Translations under genes and position numbers: made by a program
The notes under the pieces: model-generated
The model's input: the letters and a program-made list of their open reading frames with translations, nothing else
Database searches by the model: none
What the model was told of the DNA's origin: nothing
Shown here: positions 1 to 16,030 of the stretch, in pieces
Numbering within the stretch: the first letter of the stretch is position 1
How the letters are laid out: each line of letters begins with the position of its first letter
Assembly (NCBI GenBank): GCA_964016885.1
Contig: OZ024751.1
Span: 1,612,001 to 1,676,000 of the forward strand
Origin: Eledone cirrhosa
Taxonomy: Eukaryota
Direction of reading: 5' to 3'
Length of the DNA: 64,000 bases

Positions 1-2
1 CC

Positions 3-338
3 GCATGTGACTTCAAGACCCGGCTATACCAACACAGACATACCTTCCGAAACCCGGCCCGGCGTCACGCCACTACACTTTCGGCCCACATATGGGACCT
101 CAAGGACAACAACATCAACTATGATCTCACTTGGAAATTACTGTCCAGAGCCAACTCTTACACGGGAGGACGCCGTCCGTGCAATTTATGCTCGGAGGAA
201 ACTTTACAAATGTTGTTTTCGACGGACCAACTCCTAAACAAGAAAGATGAACTGGTTACTGCATGTCAACACCGATTACGTAGGACTTACCTCGCCCTCA
301 AACCCCATAATGACCCGGGGAGTAGACTAGGGCTATAA
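3..338 (+). CDS. C-terminal part of PLE GIY-YIG endonuclease (partial, open to the window edge; not in ORF track)
   Basis: Frame 3 reads ACDFKTRLYQHRHTFRNPARRHATTLSAHIWDLKDNNINYDLTWKLLSRANSYTGGRRPCNLCSEE...LLNKKDELVTACQHRLRR..*, colinear with FKARLYNH..LSELIWSLK..W..CNLCLNEK..N..CLH of ORF 26398-27666. Confidence 0.85.
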   Translation, partial: ACDFKTRLYQHRHTFRNPARRHATTLSAHIWDLKDNNINYDLTWKLLSRANSYTGGRRPCNLCSEETLQMLFSTDQLLNKKDELVTACQHRLRRTYLALKPHNDPGSRLGL

Positions 339-1086
339 CACCCCACTTGCCTATTTTGTAAGGGGTAACCCCTGCTTGCCAATGGAGACGTAAGATCTTC
401 TTTTACTTTTTTTATCGCTTCCTCTATATTTCCTCCTTCCCCTCATCCCTCCCTAGTCCTTCTACCCCAGTTCCCTTTCTTTGTCGTCGTCTTTTTCTCG
501 CCCACCCGAGGTAGCCCCTCGGTCCCTTGTAGCTTCAGCACCACCACCCCCTCCCCTATTCTATGATAGATTTGGCTGACTCCGCTTTTTATAGCAGAGG
601 TGTTAGACCTCGGATACTTGCCCCCTTCTCCGACCGCTGTCCCTTTTTTCCGTACCTTCTATATTTCTTAGTGGCATCTTTGCTTTAATTTCTCGTTTAT
701 CCAGTATTTCTTTCCTCTTTTTCCCTTTTTCTTGGGGGGGGGGGGGGGGTCTGTATTCATTTTCCGTTCTTTACTTTTACTTCGTACGATCTTTCATGTA
801 GCTTGTATAAGACTTTTTGTTTCGTGGCGGTACCCTTAGAGTTAGCACGAGTATTTTTTGCGGGACCCTGAATGATATTCTCGTACTAGTTTACTTTCTT
901 GCTCTGGGTGGTTGCTGGCCATGTGATTGGGGTAGAAACCTTTATTATTTCGTGGTAGTCTCTTTAGTATTTTGCCCCCCTTTGTTGATCCGTCACCGTA
1001 CGATACACGCACTTATACCCCGTATAAGGGTCCCTTTATTTCCGTCCCACCTAGTTTATTTTTATTTATTTTTTATTCTTCATTAT

Positions 1087-1179
1087 GACTTTGCCTTTCA
1101 TCCTTACGGGGTCGATAAAATAAAGTACCAGTGAGGCACTGGGTAGTTGCTGGCCTTGTGCCTAAAGTAGAAACAATTA
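1087..1179 (+). mobile_element. 5'-truncated SINE (core plus tail) inserted in the PLE 3' UTR
   Basis: GCCTTTCATCCTTACGGGGTCGATAAAATAAAGTACCAG...GCTGGCCTTGTGCCTAAAGTAGAAACAATTAT matches the SINE copies at 36301-36786. Confidence 0.8.
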
Positions 1180-1581
1180 TATATATATATTTTTTTTTTT
1201 TTTATTTATCCATTCTTTTATTCACTTATTTATTTATTTATGTATTTCTTTAGCCTAGCAATAGCGAGAGACTTAAGTCTTAGTAACCAGACTTTGTTTA
1301 TTTTTTTTTCTCTCTCAGTACTTTTTATAGTTTTACCCATCATTGTTCTACTTACCGTTTCGACTTCCTCCCCCTCCCCCTCCCCAGTATCTTCTTTGAC
1401 CTCACACCCAGCTGTAGCCGGCACTACCAACGCATGAATGGGTCTACTCCACCCCGTCTCCCTTTTTCTCCTACCGGCAGGTTCAGCTACCCCTTCCCCT
1501 ACCAATTTGCCATCACAGATTTACTACTAACTTGTGATGTGACCAATCCTGGTGATTAACTCTTTAACCATATATGGAATT

Positions 1582-1675
1582 ACCCCTTGATAAGCTCGGC
1601 TATTTAAATACCAGAATAAATTTTCATTCAGTCCAGAATTAGCCGTCGAAACGGCTTGAGCTCAGCCGTCGGGGT
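1582..1675 (+). ncRNA. Type I hammerhead ribozyme, U3-A8 core variant, extended stem III
   Basis: Stem I ACCCC/GGGGT; core TTGATAA; stem II CGGCTA/TAGCCG; GAAA; stem III CGGCT-TGAGCTC-AGCCG; cleavage triplet GTC. Confidence 0.75.
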
Positions 1676-1766
1676 CTTACTTGTTCCTATTATCCACTCT
1701 ACTACCCTAAGTATTAAGTACTTTGGTGCGTTATGGTCCACCTGGTTCCTTACCACATTTCCTTCG

Positions 1767-1802
<36 letters not shown>

Positions 1803-1807
<5 letters not shown>

Positions 1808-2250
1808 CGAAACATAAGTCAATTGCATGAACTCATAATCCTTTATTTACTGCTATATATATTTCGATGATAACCATTGAATGGCTATGACCTCATCAGG
1901 CAGTTATTCAGTTCTTAGATATGCCAGCTCTGTGTTTATAGTATTGATGGTATCAGAGCCTTGGGACATATGAGCTTGTTAGGAATAATTTAATGTTGTC
2001 AGCAGGAATAGTCTTGATTCTCATTGGTCAGTTTGTATATAGTAGGGTTGGTATTTGACCTCAAAGAGGCAGGTGGTGTTGTAAAGTTCAAACCGTCAGG
2101 CAAGATGACAATAGTTCCATATGACTGATTTTCACAAAAGGCATTCCTGGTCAGATATATATTCAATTAAGGTTAATAGTATGAAATAGATACTACAGGT
2201 CATTCTTAAATTGAGGAATTTATGTGGAGTGGTGCTACTGAAATTTATGG
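1803..2250 (-). mobile_element. Decayed PLE 3' end (endonuclease end, 3' UTR, pLTR)
   Basis: Minus strand near 2090-2120 reads ..GTIVILPDGLN (PxGLN end typical of PLE endonucleases), then HHR 1849-1904 and (TA)n; inner boundary approximate. Confidence 0.55.
1849..1904 (-). ncRNA. Minimal type I hammerhead ribozyme
   Basis: ACTGC-CTGATGA-(GGTCATAGCCATT/AATGGTTATCATC stem II)-GAAA-TATATA-TA-GCAGT. Confidence 0.8.
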
Positions 2251-2624
2251 TTGGAGTAGAAAATTTACAAATAAAAAGACTTATGTAGGTTGGCTTGCAC
2301 TACACTCACACCCACCTCTACAGACACACACACACAGACACACATCCACACATACAAAATGTAAGGTGGTATTACTTAATATAATGGTTAGAGTCCAATA
2401 CTTAGATAGTTTAGAAAATTTAGAAATAAAAAGTTTATGCTGGTTGACTTGTACATACACTCACACCTACCCCCTCAAACATCTACACACACAAATCCAT
2501 ACAGGTGTGTATATATATATATATATGTATGCATGTATGTACGCACAAGCATACATATATATATAAAATATATATATATACACAGAACATACATATATAT
2601 CAAACATATGCATACAAAAATATA

Positions 2625-3022
<398 letters not shown>

Positions 3023-3571
3023 TATATATAGACATCATTTGCCTCCATCATGGATCATCTAAGCACTTTTGCTATATTAACACATTTTGATCTGCTTATC
3101 TTCAAGAACTATGCCTGTAAATAATATTATTTTTTTATTTTTTCTTTCACATTGCCTTATTATGTTCCACATTACGCCCCCTTGTTTTTCTTTTCACTTC
3201 ATAAACCTTGTTTGTAAATAGCATTATTCTTTCTGCACCATTTCCTTAAGATGTTCAACACCACCATTTTACACTAATACATATTATTATAATTTGATAA
3301 TGCATAAAAATGGTGAAACCGGGAATAGACAATTATTAAATATATAAATAAATAAATAAATAAATGCCATTGTTAATTAATAAATAAATCAACTAATACC
3401 TTAACACTTCACACAAAGTAAAATATTTCGTTTTAATCATTTTCTATCCCAGAAAAAAGAGAGAAAAAATAAAAAGGAAAAAAAAAATGTTTCTTTCTAA
3501 TAATCGTCTTTTTTTCGCTGTTTTTCATATATATATATATATATATATATAAAGAGAGAGAGAGAGTGAGA

Positions 3572-3992
<421 letters not shown>

Positions 3993-4262
3993 TATACATA
4001 TATATATACATATATATACATATATATATATACATACATATATAGCATATTAAAGCATAGATGTTGAACACATTCCGACTGATCTAATTTGAGGCATAAT
4101 GCCACATACACAGACGTTTATTTGTGGGTGGATGTGTAATATATATATATATATAGTTTTAACTTGGGATAGTAGAGTATGACTATATTAGAAAGAATCA
4201 TGGCCCGACGGCTGAGCTCTTGCCGTTTCAACAGCTAATTCAAGACTATATACATGTGTGTT

Positions 4263-4406
<144 letters not shown>

Positions 4407-4408
4407 AA

Positions 4409-4740
4409 TATGAGGATGGTTTTGAACATTAATCAGTATACACTGAGGATGAAAAACTCAGAGCTGTATGGGAGCATCCCAAAAGTCAGCTCTAAAGTGA
4501 CACAGAGGAGACTGAGGTTAGCTGGCCATGCTCACCGACATCCAGAGTTGACATTGCACTCAGTGCTCCTTTGGGAGCCTCTACATGGACACACTAGAAG
4601 AGGAAGACCAAGGTTAACGTATGTTGATGCCCTAAGGACAGACACTGGTCTGTTGGAGACGCAGGACATGGCAGCGATAATGAGGGACAGAGACCGCTGG
4701 AGAGAACTCGTCCATGGATCTCGGGAATTTTACCCGCCTT

Positions 4741-4742
<2 letters not shown>
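4409..4742 (+). mobile_element. 5'-truncated RTE-clade LINE, 3' end of RT ORF
   Basis: [12 protein letters not shown]...[19 protein letters not shown]....DRDRWR is the typical RTE C-terminus; embedded in (TA)n on both sides. Confidence 0.8.
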
Positions 4743-4822
<80 letters not shown>

Positions 4823-5068
4823 CCTCCTTTGCCCCCCTTCTTTGATTGGTGTATCACGAGTTAACCTCTTCCTCCGCCTCTCGAGAATTATTCAGATCGG
4901 GTCAAGAAGCAGTCCACTAATTGAGGGGTCTCGTGATAAGCCTTATTAACCTCACAACGATGGTGCACTTCTATAGTGCATAACGGCTTGAAAGCAATTC
5001 CGCGAAACTGCAGTCCGGAGTTTGAAGAGAAAATAGGTATATTTTTGTCTATTTCCTCGCATTTCTAA

Positions 5069-5930
<862 letters not shown>

Positions 5931-6033
5931 GGGTTTTAAATATATATAACTATAAAAGGTTTTAGTATACACATAACCATAAATAGTATCCTTAATACTA
6001 TATATATATATATATATATATATCTGTGTGTTT

Positions 6034-6072
<39 letters not shown>

Positions 6073-6439
6073 TTTGTGTATATATATATATATATATATA
6101 CATACATATACACACACACACACTTATATGGGCATGTGCATACATATGTGTATCTGTATACATGAGCAGTGATAAAGTGGAAGTGTGACAATCGGGAAGA
6201 AATTTGATTATTGGACGCACCCCCATCACCACCACCACCATCACCACCATCTACACCTCCACCACCACCACCACCATCACCACCGCTAGAGATTCCTCTT
6301 CTAATTGATCTTGTAACATATTTGGCAGTTCTTAGAAATGGTACACATCATCTAAAGTGTCTGGTTGTAACACTTCGAGAACACACGAATAGATTTATAA
6401 GTGAATAGCGTGTCTCAACCAGCTGTGCACCTTACTCCC

Positions 6440-6510
<71 letters not shown>

Positions 6511-6645
6511 CACACACACACACATACACTCAAACACACACACACAACCACACAATACAAAAACCAAGAGAGACATATCTATCTATGTACATGTATGTGT
6601 GTATGTGTATATATGTGTATATATTTCTCTCTCTATATATATATG

Positions 6646-6680
<35 letters not shown>

Positions 6681-6684
6681 TAGA

Positions 6685-6718
<34 letters not shown>

Positions 6719-6722
6719 TAGA

Positions 6723-6774
<52 letters not shown>

Positions 6775-6980
6775 TAGAGTATATATATAGAGAGTAGAGT
6801 AGAGATATACTTTAACTTTAATTATATCTCATAAAATAATACAACTGGTTTTTCCACATTATACATATTGTTAGCACCCCAAACACTTAAATTGGGTTTA
6901 TATTTAAATATAACCTAACGTTTGTTGAGTGAGATGGTTACCAGTCAGAGTTTAGCTTTAAACTCTCTCTGTTATTGTAT

Positions 6981-7045
<65 letters not shown>

Positions 7046-7052
7046 ACATATA

Positions 7053-7088
<36 letters not shown>

Positions 7089-7092
<4 letters not shown>

Positions 7093-7435
7093 AAGAATAT
7101 TTTCGAAACAGCAAGTTGATTTGAAATTATTAGAAATGTTAGCTATCGCCGTATTTTGACTAAAGAAATTAAAGAAATTATTTAGTCTGATAGTGGGGTG
7201 GCATTAGAGTCGCTAAGTTTATAGCTTCTAATTTGAATGGAAAAAGACGGGTGATGTGTTGGTGTAAATGGTAGCACAGTGGTCCGGATAACCAAAGATG
7301 TGGGTTCGACTCCCATGTACGTCAATACTCATCTTTTTTTCCACTTCTCCGAGGGTTCTTAACCCCACTATCAGGCTAAATAATTTCTTAAATTTCTTTA
7401 GTCAAAATACGGCGATAGCTAACATTTCTAATAAT
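7089..7435. mobile_element. Inverted-repeat element (74-bp arms 7126-7199 and 7362-7435, one-sided tail 7089-7125) carrying a tRNA-like cassette
   Basis: Arms are near-exact reverse complements; (TA)n on both flanks. Confidence 0.75.
7253..7324 (+). tRNA. tRNA-like pseudogene or Pol III cassette (nominal anticodon GGA)
   Basis: 72-nt cloverleaf GATGTGT-TG-GTGT-AAATGGTA-GCAC-A-GTGGT-CCGGATA-ACCAA-AGAT-GTGGG-TTCGACT-CCCAT-GTACGTC-A; A box, B box and T7 run at 7334-7340; three G-U pairs in the acceptor stem and C at position 33, so unlikely to decode. Confidence 0.65.
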
Positions 7436-7451
7436 ATATATATATATATAT

Positions 7452-7686
7452 ATATTAATAAAAGGAATTCCAACTGATTTACTCGTTTTATTTACAATCC
7501 TTTAAAATTTATAATGGCATTAGAATGAAATAGTATGGTAGAATATTAAGTGTTAATTGAATTCAATTAACACTTAACATTTAATATTCTACCATACTAT
7601 TTCATTTTAATGCCATTATAAATTTTAAAGGATTGTAAATAAAACGAGTAAATCAGACAAAGTTGGAATTCCTTTTATTAATATAA
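7452..7686. repeat. About 235-bp spacerless AT-rich palindrome
   Basis: Centre AATTGAATTCAATT at about 7555-7568; arms differ by two small indels and about one substitution; short tail follows. Confidence 0.9.
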
Positions 7687-8259
7687 TCTTCTATACACAA
7701 TCATACACACCCGTGTATATTTATCTATCTATTATATATATATTTATTAATCTAGTACCGTTACCAGGTATATACATACATATATATGCATGAGAGAGTG
7801 AGTTTAAGTGTGTGTGTGTGTGTTTGTTTCTGTGTATGCAGCGTTAGGCTGTTATTTCACACTGGTGTTAAATGTAATTAAGTAACAAGATATTCCACAC
7901 TATGGTGAGTTTCTTGGTGTCGCTAGTTAAAGTCTCTCCGTTATCATCTTTAGGCGACTCAACACCAGCAACGAGAAAAACTATGAGGAACCTCTCTCCA
8001 ATTTTTCCTTCTTCAGTTGTGCCTTGCTGGAATTATTCAATCATTATTCATAGATATAAACTATTATTATTTTTTTCTTTATTGTGGCGACTGTGGTTTC
8101 AAATTTCCCAACTAAATTTTTGTCATATATATATTTAGTAATTACTAACATCTCAAAGTAGGTTGACTTATATATACATACACATACGCACCCACCCACA
8201 TACACACATGCATAGACATACATATATATATATAGTTTGATATAGAAATGGCTTCTACA

Positions 8260-8328
8260 GGACTAGAACTGTTTCATTCAAAAGAAATCATCGTAATGAT
8301 TTATTTTGAATGAAACAGCTCTAGTCCT
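8260..8328. repeat. Hairpin made of an inverted, truncated hammerhead 3' half
   Basis: GGACTAGAACTGTTTCATTCAAAA...TTTTGAATGAAACAGCTCTAGTCC, followed by a tail to about 8392. Confidence 0.6.
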
Positions 8329-8401
8329 ATATTCTACTAGTGTGCTGAGTATCCTAATAACTATGGTTATCCTCGATTGAATCCGGGACTCATATATATA
8401 T

Positions 8402-8595
8402 ATTTAATTAGAAAGTGAACAACACAAAATATAACTACTCCATTACCAAAGGTTTCTGGATCACAGACGATAATAATATATACGTCTGGATCGGACGTCA
8501 GATATATTTTGTGTTGTTCACTTTCTAATTAAATAGCTCTGTTCTATACACAGAGCACTCTTTTTTCCTTTGCTTTTCATTTGGAATTACGTAAC
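8402..8595. mobile_element. Inverted pLTR unit, same family as 20719-20970; decayed HHR at 8438-8503 (minus)
   Basis: TTTAATTAGAAAGTGAACAACACAAAATATA and its reverse complement; shares tail AGCTCTGTTCTA...TTTGGAATTA. Confidence 0.8.
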
Positions 8596-8639
8596 ATACA
8601 CACACACATATATATAAATATATAAATATATAAATATAT

Positions 8640-8705
<66 letters not shown>

Positions 8706-8945
8706 TAGCGAGAATCGTATTTCGGCTTTGGAATTAGCGAAAAACAACTTCCGAGATGTGTGGCAAGCGCTCAATAATTCTGATGAACCAGAGCTCCAAC
8801 ATTCGTTAAAGGCCAAACACACTGAGACGATGGTTAAACCGTCATCCGCACAGCCATAGAAACGACCAAGTAATTCGGGTCAAACAAATAAAAAATATGT
8901 GATTGAAAAAAAAAAATATATATATATATATATAATTATAAATAA

Positions 8946-9077
<132 letters not shown>

Positions 9078-9285
9078 AAAAGTTAAACGGAAATAATAAA
9101 GCAAACAGCACAGTACATTGAAAAATATATTAGTTTAACGCTTGAAATAGCAGGAATGAGTCTTAATGTTTCGGGCACTAGCCCTTTATGAGAAGATAGA
9201 ATTAGAAATAATAGATAAAATAGATAGATAAAGAACGTATATTAAATTAGGATATAACTAATTGTGTTTGGTAACATAATTCATG

Positions 9286-9373
<88 letters not shown>

Positions 9374-9377
<4 letters not shown>

Positions 9378-10601
9378 AATGAGCTATTAGGTTTGTTGAT
9401 TATTCAACAAAGTTAATTTACAACAGATTAGAACCACTCAATACAGAAACACTGACTATTCAATCTCTTGGCGAAGGATATCGAAAGCGCCATTGTACCA
9501 AAATATGGCGCTCTCAAGAATTTGTCATCTCTGTATTGAAGAAATCTTTCATCTAATTACCAATCCTAGTAATATTATCAACAAAAAAAGGAAATATTCA
9601 ATTCTTGTTTGCATCGATTCTCCAAAACATTTTACAATATTTACAATTTATAGAAAATACTACACATGGTCTGTATATGTGGCCTATGTACAATATATAT
9701 TTTTGGTTGTCTTTAAAAGTTCTTAAATTTATACATAGGAATATTTACTATTATCAAATTTATACATAGAAATACTCATTCTTATCAAAATCTATAAATA
9801 GAAATATTTATCTTTTTATTATTATCTAGACCATATTTACTATATGGTGCTCTGAAATCATATAGAAATTTTTACTTATATTATAGTATAAATTATAATT
9901 AATTATTAGGTTAAACGTTAGATCAAACAATATATCTTTAAATAATTTGCATACCTTAAATTACTAAGCACTTGAGTTATCTTTCCCTTAATAGATGTTT
10001 GTTTACAATTCACATATACGAGACATTAAAATTTTACATAAATGTTTAAATTTATATATCTAACCTTATACACTAATAGATTATACATAATATTATACAT
10101 CTTCTCTTAAAAAATATAATTATTTTCACATTCTTAAGCTATATATAGAAAATGCATATATATCATCGCTCGGCATATCTTACGCGCTTTCATAATTTAT
10201 ATATACTTAAATAAGATCTATATTCACGAATAACTATTTATGTACTAAATAAATTTTTCTTAATAACGTTATACAATCATGTCTTATACTACAATACATT
10301 ATATTTATAACTGCACTCATCATAATATTGAAATATATGCGTAAAATATACCCAATAGTATATATAAACACAGGGTATCTTTCACATATTATATTGTTGT
10401 AATAAATTAATAGTTCTCAATTTAACACATTAATTTATAATTCTTACCTAAACATTAAAAATACTTCCATATTCTTAAAATATATTATAAAATTAAATAA
10501 ATAAATATAATTATTTCATTCTTTCTATACCCATGTAATAAACCCTTGAAATACGTATAATAAAATGAATATGGTTTTATAAAGATATTTTCCATTTATT
10601 G
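9374..10601 (+). mobile_element. Decayed Hydra-type PLE 3' end (family C)
   Basis: About 9450-9650 reads TDYSISWRRISKAPLYQNMALSRICHLCIEEIFHLITNPSNIINKK/EIFNSCLHRFSKTF (one frameshift), homologous to the end of ORF 26398-27666; GAAA-TACGTA-TA remnant at about 10548. Confidence 0.75.
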
Positions 10602-10614
10602 ATATATATATATA

Positions 10615-11346
<732 letters not shown>

Positions 11347-11423
11347 GAATAAATAAACAGAGAACAAACAACAGAGAGGCAGTACAAATGGTATGGTTTT
11401 TAGTTTCACGCTTGAGAGTGGGA

Positions 11424-11483
<60 letters not shown>

Positions 11484-11487
<4 letters not shown>

Positions 11488-11687
11488 GGAGGTGAGTTTT
11501 ATTGTAGTACAATAAAGCAATGCAGATATGTTGATTTAAAACTGCACTATCCACAAGTATTTTTTAGCCTTCATATCATGTTCTCCTGTTTTATCTGATG
11601 AAAACACAAATATTATTGCATGATGATGTTTGTTTTTGAAATGCGCATAATAAAATACATGGAATTCCTTTAACCATCTTTTGATCT

Positions 11688-11695
<8 letters not shown>
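11484..11695 (+). mobile_element. Family B solo pLTR preceded by an inverted piece of its tail
   Basis: 11527-11695 matches 28801-28970; 11484-11529 matches 22738-22783. Confidence 0.85.
11587..11657 (+). ncRNA. Minimal type I hammerhead ribozyme (family B)
   Basis: TGTTTTAT-CTGATGA-long stem II-GAAA-TGCGCA-TA-ATAAAATA. Confidence 0.85.
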
Positions 11696-11747
<52 letters not shown>

Positions 11748-12159
11748 TTCTGTCTGTTTGTCACTGTAAGAATTGGTAACTCCTAAAGAAACCAGAAGCA
11801 AGGTCAGGAGATAATGGTGAATACAGATATTTTTACCGGTCGAATTTCTGATGAGGGTTCATGGTCACTTTTGTAGTATGTGGGCAGACATTATTGTGAA
11901 CAATTATTGTGATAAATAATAACTCCTTTTTCTGTTTGAAATGGATGGATGTAGAATTGGTTACGTCATACTATCACCCAGAACATTTTTGTCTTCAGTT
12001 ATAAAGAAGGGTTTAGCCAAGGGCCATTAGCCTCTTCTCACAGAAAAATAACCCCAACAAATATGCTACAAGGTCATATAAACGTGCATCACAGCACGGA
12101 ACTAAAATAAGAGAAATACAAACCATAATACCTCCCCCATTACAGTATGAGTCTGTTTG

Positions 12160-12239
12160 CTTCTTTCTCACTCTCTTTCTGTCCGTCTGTCTGTCTCTCA
12201 CTCACTCTCTCTCTCTGTGCCCGTCTCCCTGTCTCCCTG

Positions 12240-12321
<82 letters not shown>

Positions 12322-12598
12322 TCTCTCTCTGTCCCACTGTATGTGTGTGTAAGTGTAAACTGTAGTGTTGCAACCGGGTTCTGACACCCGGTCGAGGCTA
12401 TCAAACATGGCTATCACTTTATTTACGTTATAAATGGCGTCAGATTGTAGCCAATGAGCCTTCAGCTTTAATGATGTTTTAAGCACGTGACTTTAGATAC
12501 AACAGGAGTTGATTGTTTGTGTGTGACGTCATTAGATCCCATCCCTCCCCGGTAGATAGACATATGTAATCTCTTCCTGTGTTCCTGTGTGGCATGAT

Positions 12599-12674
<76 letters not shown>

Positions 12675-13575
12675 TGTGTGTGTGTGAAAGAGAGAGAGAG
12701 AGAGAGTAAATGTGTGAGGGAGCGTGAGAGAGATAGAAAATGAAAGAGAAAGAGAGAGTGAGGGAGATAGAGCGTGAGAAAGAGAGAAAGTGAGAAAGCG
12801 AAAGAGATTGATAGAGAGAGTGAGAGCGAGAAAAAGAGATAGAGGGGATAGTGATGAAGGGGAAGAACAGGGAGAAACACTGAGAGAGAGGGTGAGAGGA
12901 AGAAGAGACATAGAGAAAGAGCGATGGAGAGGAGCCGAGGATGGGGAGGTACAGAGAGAGGACATAGGGATAGAGAGGGACAAAGTGAGAGGAAAGAGAG
13001 AGAGAGAGACAAGAGGCAGGGGGAGAGTCAGACAGACAGCGACGTGAGTGAGGAGAAAGAGAGAGAGGGTCTCAGCAATTTCTGTAAAACCAACAGATAT
13101 ACCGACCAGAGGGGAGAGAGCGAGAGAAGAAGGGATAGAGGGAGAGAGAGAGTGGGATAGAGGGAGAGAGAGAGTGGGAGAGAGCGAGAGAAGAAGGGAG
13201 AGAGAGAGAGGGAGGGATATTTCAATTTGTTATATTGTAGAGAATGTCTTCTGCCAAAAACAGCTTTATCTAAACAACAACAACAATAACATCAACAACA
13301 ACAACAACATCAACAGATTGCCAACAACAATACATTTATTATAAATTGGGCAATAATTTAGTCGTTTTGTTTTGTTCATAGTTGAGTGGGAGGGGGAGGG
13401 AGAGGTGGACTGACAGGAGAGAGAGAGAGAGAGAGAATAGGGGATACAGGCGAAAGAGTGTCATACAGACAGGAGTCACAGAGATAGTAGAAAGAGGGAG
13501 AGAGAGTGATAGGGAGGGAAAGAGGGAGAGAGAGAGAAAGGTGGACAGACAGGAGAGAAAGGAAGAGAGGGAAAA
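12160..13575. repeat. (TC)n and (GA)n microsatellites and degenerate purine-rich tracts around a unique island (12350-12595)
   Basis: Direct reading. Confidence 0.85.
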
Positions 13576-14302
13576 TTAACTGAATATTTAGATGGAACCA
13601 AGGAAACAATGTTTTCCTAAGTATTCCCACTGCTGACACAGCCTGTCAAAACTCCGGTCAGAAGAAGCAATGTGAAATAATGTATTTCACTGTTAAAACT
13701 ATTCTTTGTTCGTTAGATCTAATGATAGGAAGGTGAACACCTCAAAATTCAAAATAGTCTGTAAGGATTTTTTGAGCATCAGATAATGATAGGCCCCCCA
13801 TCTTGACTCTCCGGACTCCGGACCGATATATCGATTGCAACCCTTATAGACTTTGATGACTACAGTGAAATACCAGTTATCTCTGTAGAAAGTACAGTAC
13901 CAGTGAGTAGCAGGAGCAATATCTTATTGAAGAAGGGTATCACTTGTTACCCTAACCAGGGTGTCCTAGACTGGTGGAAGAGAGGAAGTTATTCTCAAAT
14001 TGAAGCCTTTGTTCGAATTCCTGCAACAGAATGTACAAAATGAACCTAAGGGTCAGGTGATGGTGTTAAACCAGGTGATGGTGTTAAACCAGGTGATTGT
14101 GTTTCGGCTGGTTTTCAAGCTTACTGCCTTTAAAACAAGCAAGCTTGAAGGCCACCCTCAACGGAATCGGACCTTCCACCGGGATTTTTGTAATTACTAT
14201 ACCACCTCTACCCTAAGTATGCATCGAGTACTACACTGATCTGTAGTGTCTTCCCGATCTCCGTAGGCGGGAACACATCATATATATATATATATATATA
14301 TA

Positions 14303-15076
14303 TCAGATCCACCTAAACGGGAGCAAGGACTAAAGGAACTAAAAGACACCCTTATCTTAAGAGCCTTTCCACTTGAAATAATCAACAATGGAATAGACAG
14401 GGCAAAACACCTAAATCCCCATCAACTTAACAATCCAAAACAGAAAACCACACTCAACACCCTGCCATATGTATCCACTTTCAACCCCAGAAATACCGAA
14501 ATGTTTGATCACCTACACAAAAACCTCCCCATCCTACTTAAAGATGTAAAAATGAAGTCTATTCTTGAAACACACAAGATCCTTAAAAGTAAAAGACAAC
14601 CCAAATCACTTAAACGCATTCTCACTGGACCAAATATACCCAAACCAATCCTCAACCCTACAGTTACCAAATGTGGTAGAACAAACTGTGGAACGTGCCT
14701 CTACCTCACTGAAGGACAAACATTTACATTCAAAGATGGCCAAACATTTACAGTAAAAAACAATTTCACCTGCAACTCGGAGAACTTGATTTACGCAATA
14801 ACTTGCGGTGGGTGCAAACACAACTACATAGGACAGACGGGCACCTCATTACGCAAAAGAATGACCATCCACCGCCAACAAATCCGGGACGCTAACACAA
14901 GAAAAATCCCCTTGAGCAGCCATATTGCGAACTGCGCAGGAATGACACTACCCAACTTTAAAATCTTCCCCTTCTACAAGTGCTCAGATTCGTTCACACA
15001 ACAACAAAGAATAAACAAAGAAAATCTATTCCTTAACAAATTTAAACCAAAACTAAACGGGTTATCACCCCAATAG
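14303..15076 (+). CDS. PLE RT thumb end, Cys linker and GIY-YIG endonuclease (5'-truncated, 257 aa open)
   Basis: Frame open from 14303 (SDPPKREQGLKELKDTL..LPYVSTFNP); CGRTNCGTC linker; FTCNSENLIYAITCGGCKHNYIGQTGTSLRKRMTIH; LSSH; R..KE; PKLN. Confidence 0.9.
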   Translation, partial: SDPPKREQGLKELKDTLILRAFPLEIINNGIDRAKHLNPHQLNNPKQKTTLNTLPYVSTFNPRNTEMFDHLHKNLPILLKDVKMKSILETHKILKSKRQPKSLKRILTGPNIPKPILNPTVTKCGRTNCGTCLYLTEGQTFTFKDGQTFTVKNNFTCNSENLIYAITCGGCKHNYIGQTGTSLRKRMTIHRQQIRDANTRKIPLSSHIANCAGMTLPNFKIFPFYKCSDSFTQQQRINKENLFLNKFKPKLNGLSPQ

Positions 15077-15219
15077 AATTGTCATAAAATATAAACACAC
15101 ATACGCACGGAATCACTACTATTAAAGACCAGAGACCAATTCTGTAGAATCAGGTTTATTCATTGACAGACCATGCCTTTGTGTGACCAACACATCCATG
15201 TTAAACCCTGCACGTGCAC

Positions 15220-16030
<811 letters not shown>

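Larger units (their letters stand above)
1..1770 (+). mobile_element. Hydra-type Penelope-like element, family A, 3' part (EN C-terminus, 3' UTR, pLTR with hammerhead, tail); 5' end outside window
   Basis: EN-like frame at 3-338, HHR at 1582-1675, ends in (TA)n at about 1770; homologous to the minus-strand copy at 33166-34740 (1-90 matches the reverse complement of about 34200-34291). Confidence 0.85.

Noticed and set aside
7-237. ORF-track 76-aa protein
   Set aside because: Wrong frame; the homologous endonuclease is in frame 3 (3-338)
4983-5020. TTGAAAG..GAAA-CTGCAG-TC hammerhead-like motif
   Set aside because: Palindromic stem III is present, but the core is incomplete and there is no stem I
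7253-7324. Functional tRNA-Ser(GGA)
   Set aside because: C33 instead of U33, no long variable arm, weak acceptor stem; kept only as tRNA-like
8773-8878. CTGATGA...GAAACGACCAAGTA hammerhead candidate
   Set aside because: Stems I and II do not pair convincingly; at best a decayed motif
14054-14098. 18-bp tandem CAGGTGATGGTGTTAAAC, about 2.5 copies
   Set aside because: Small local slippage duplication with no evidence of function
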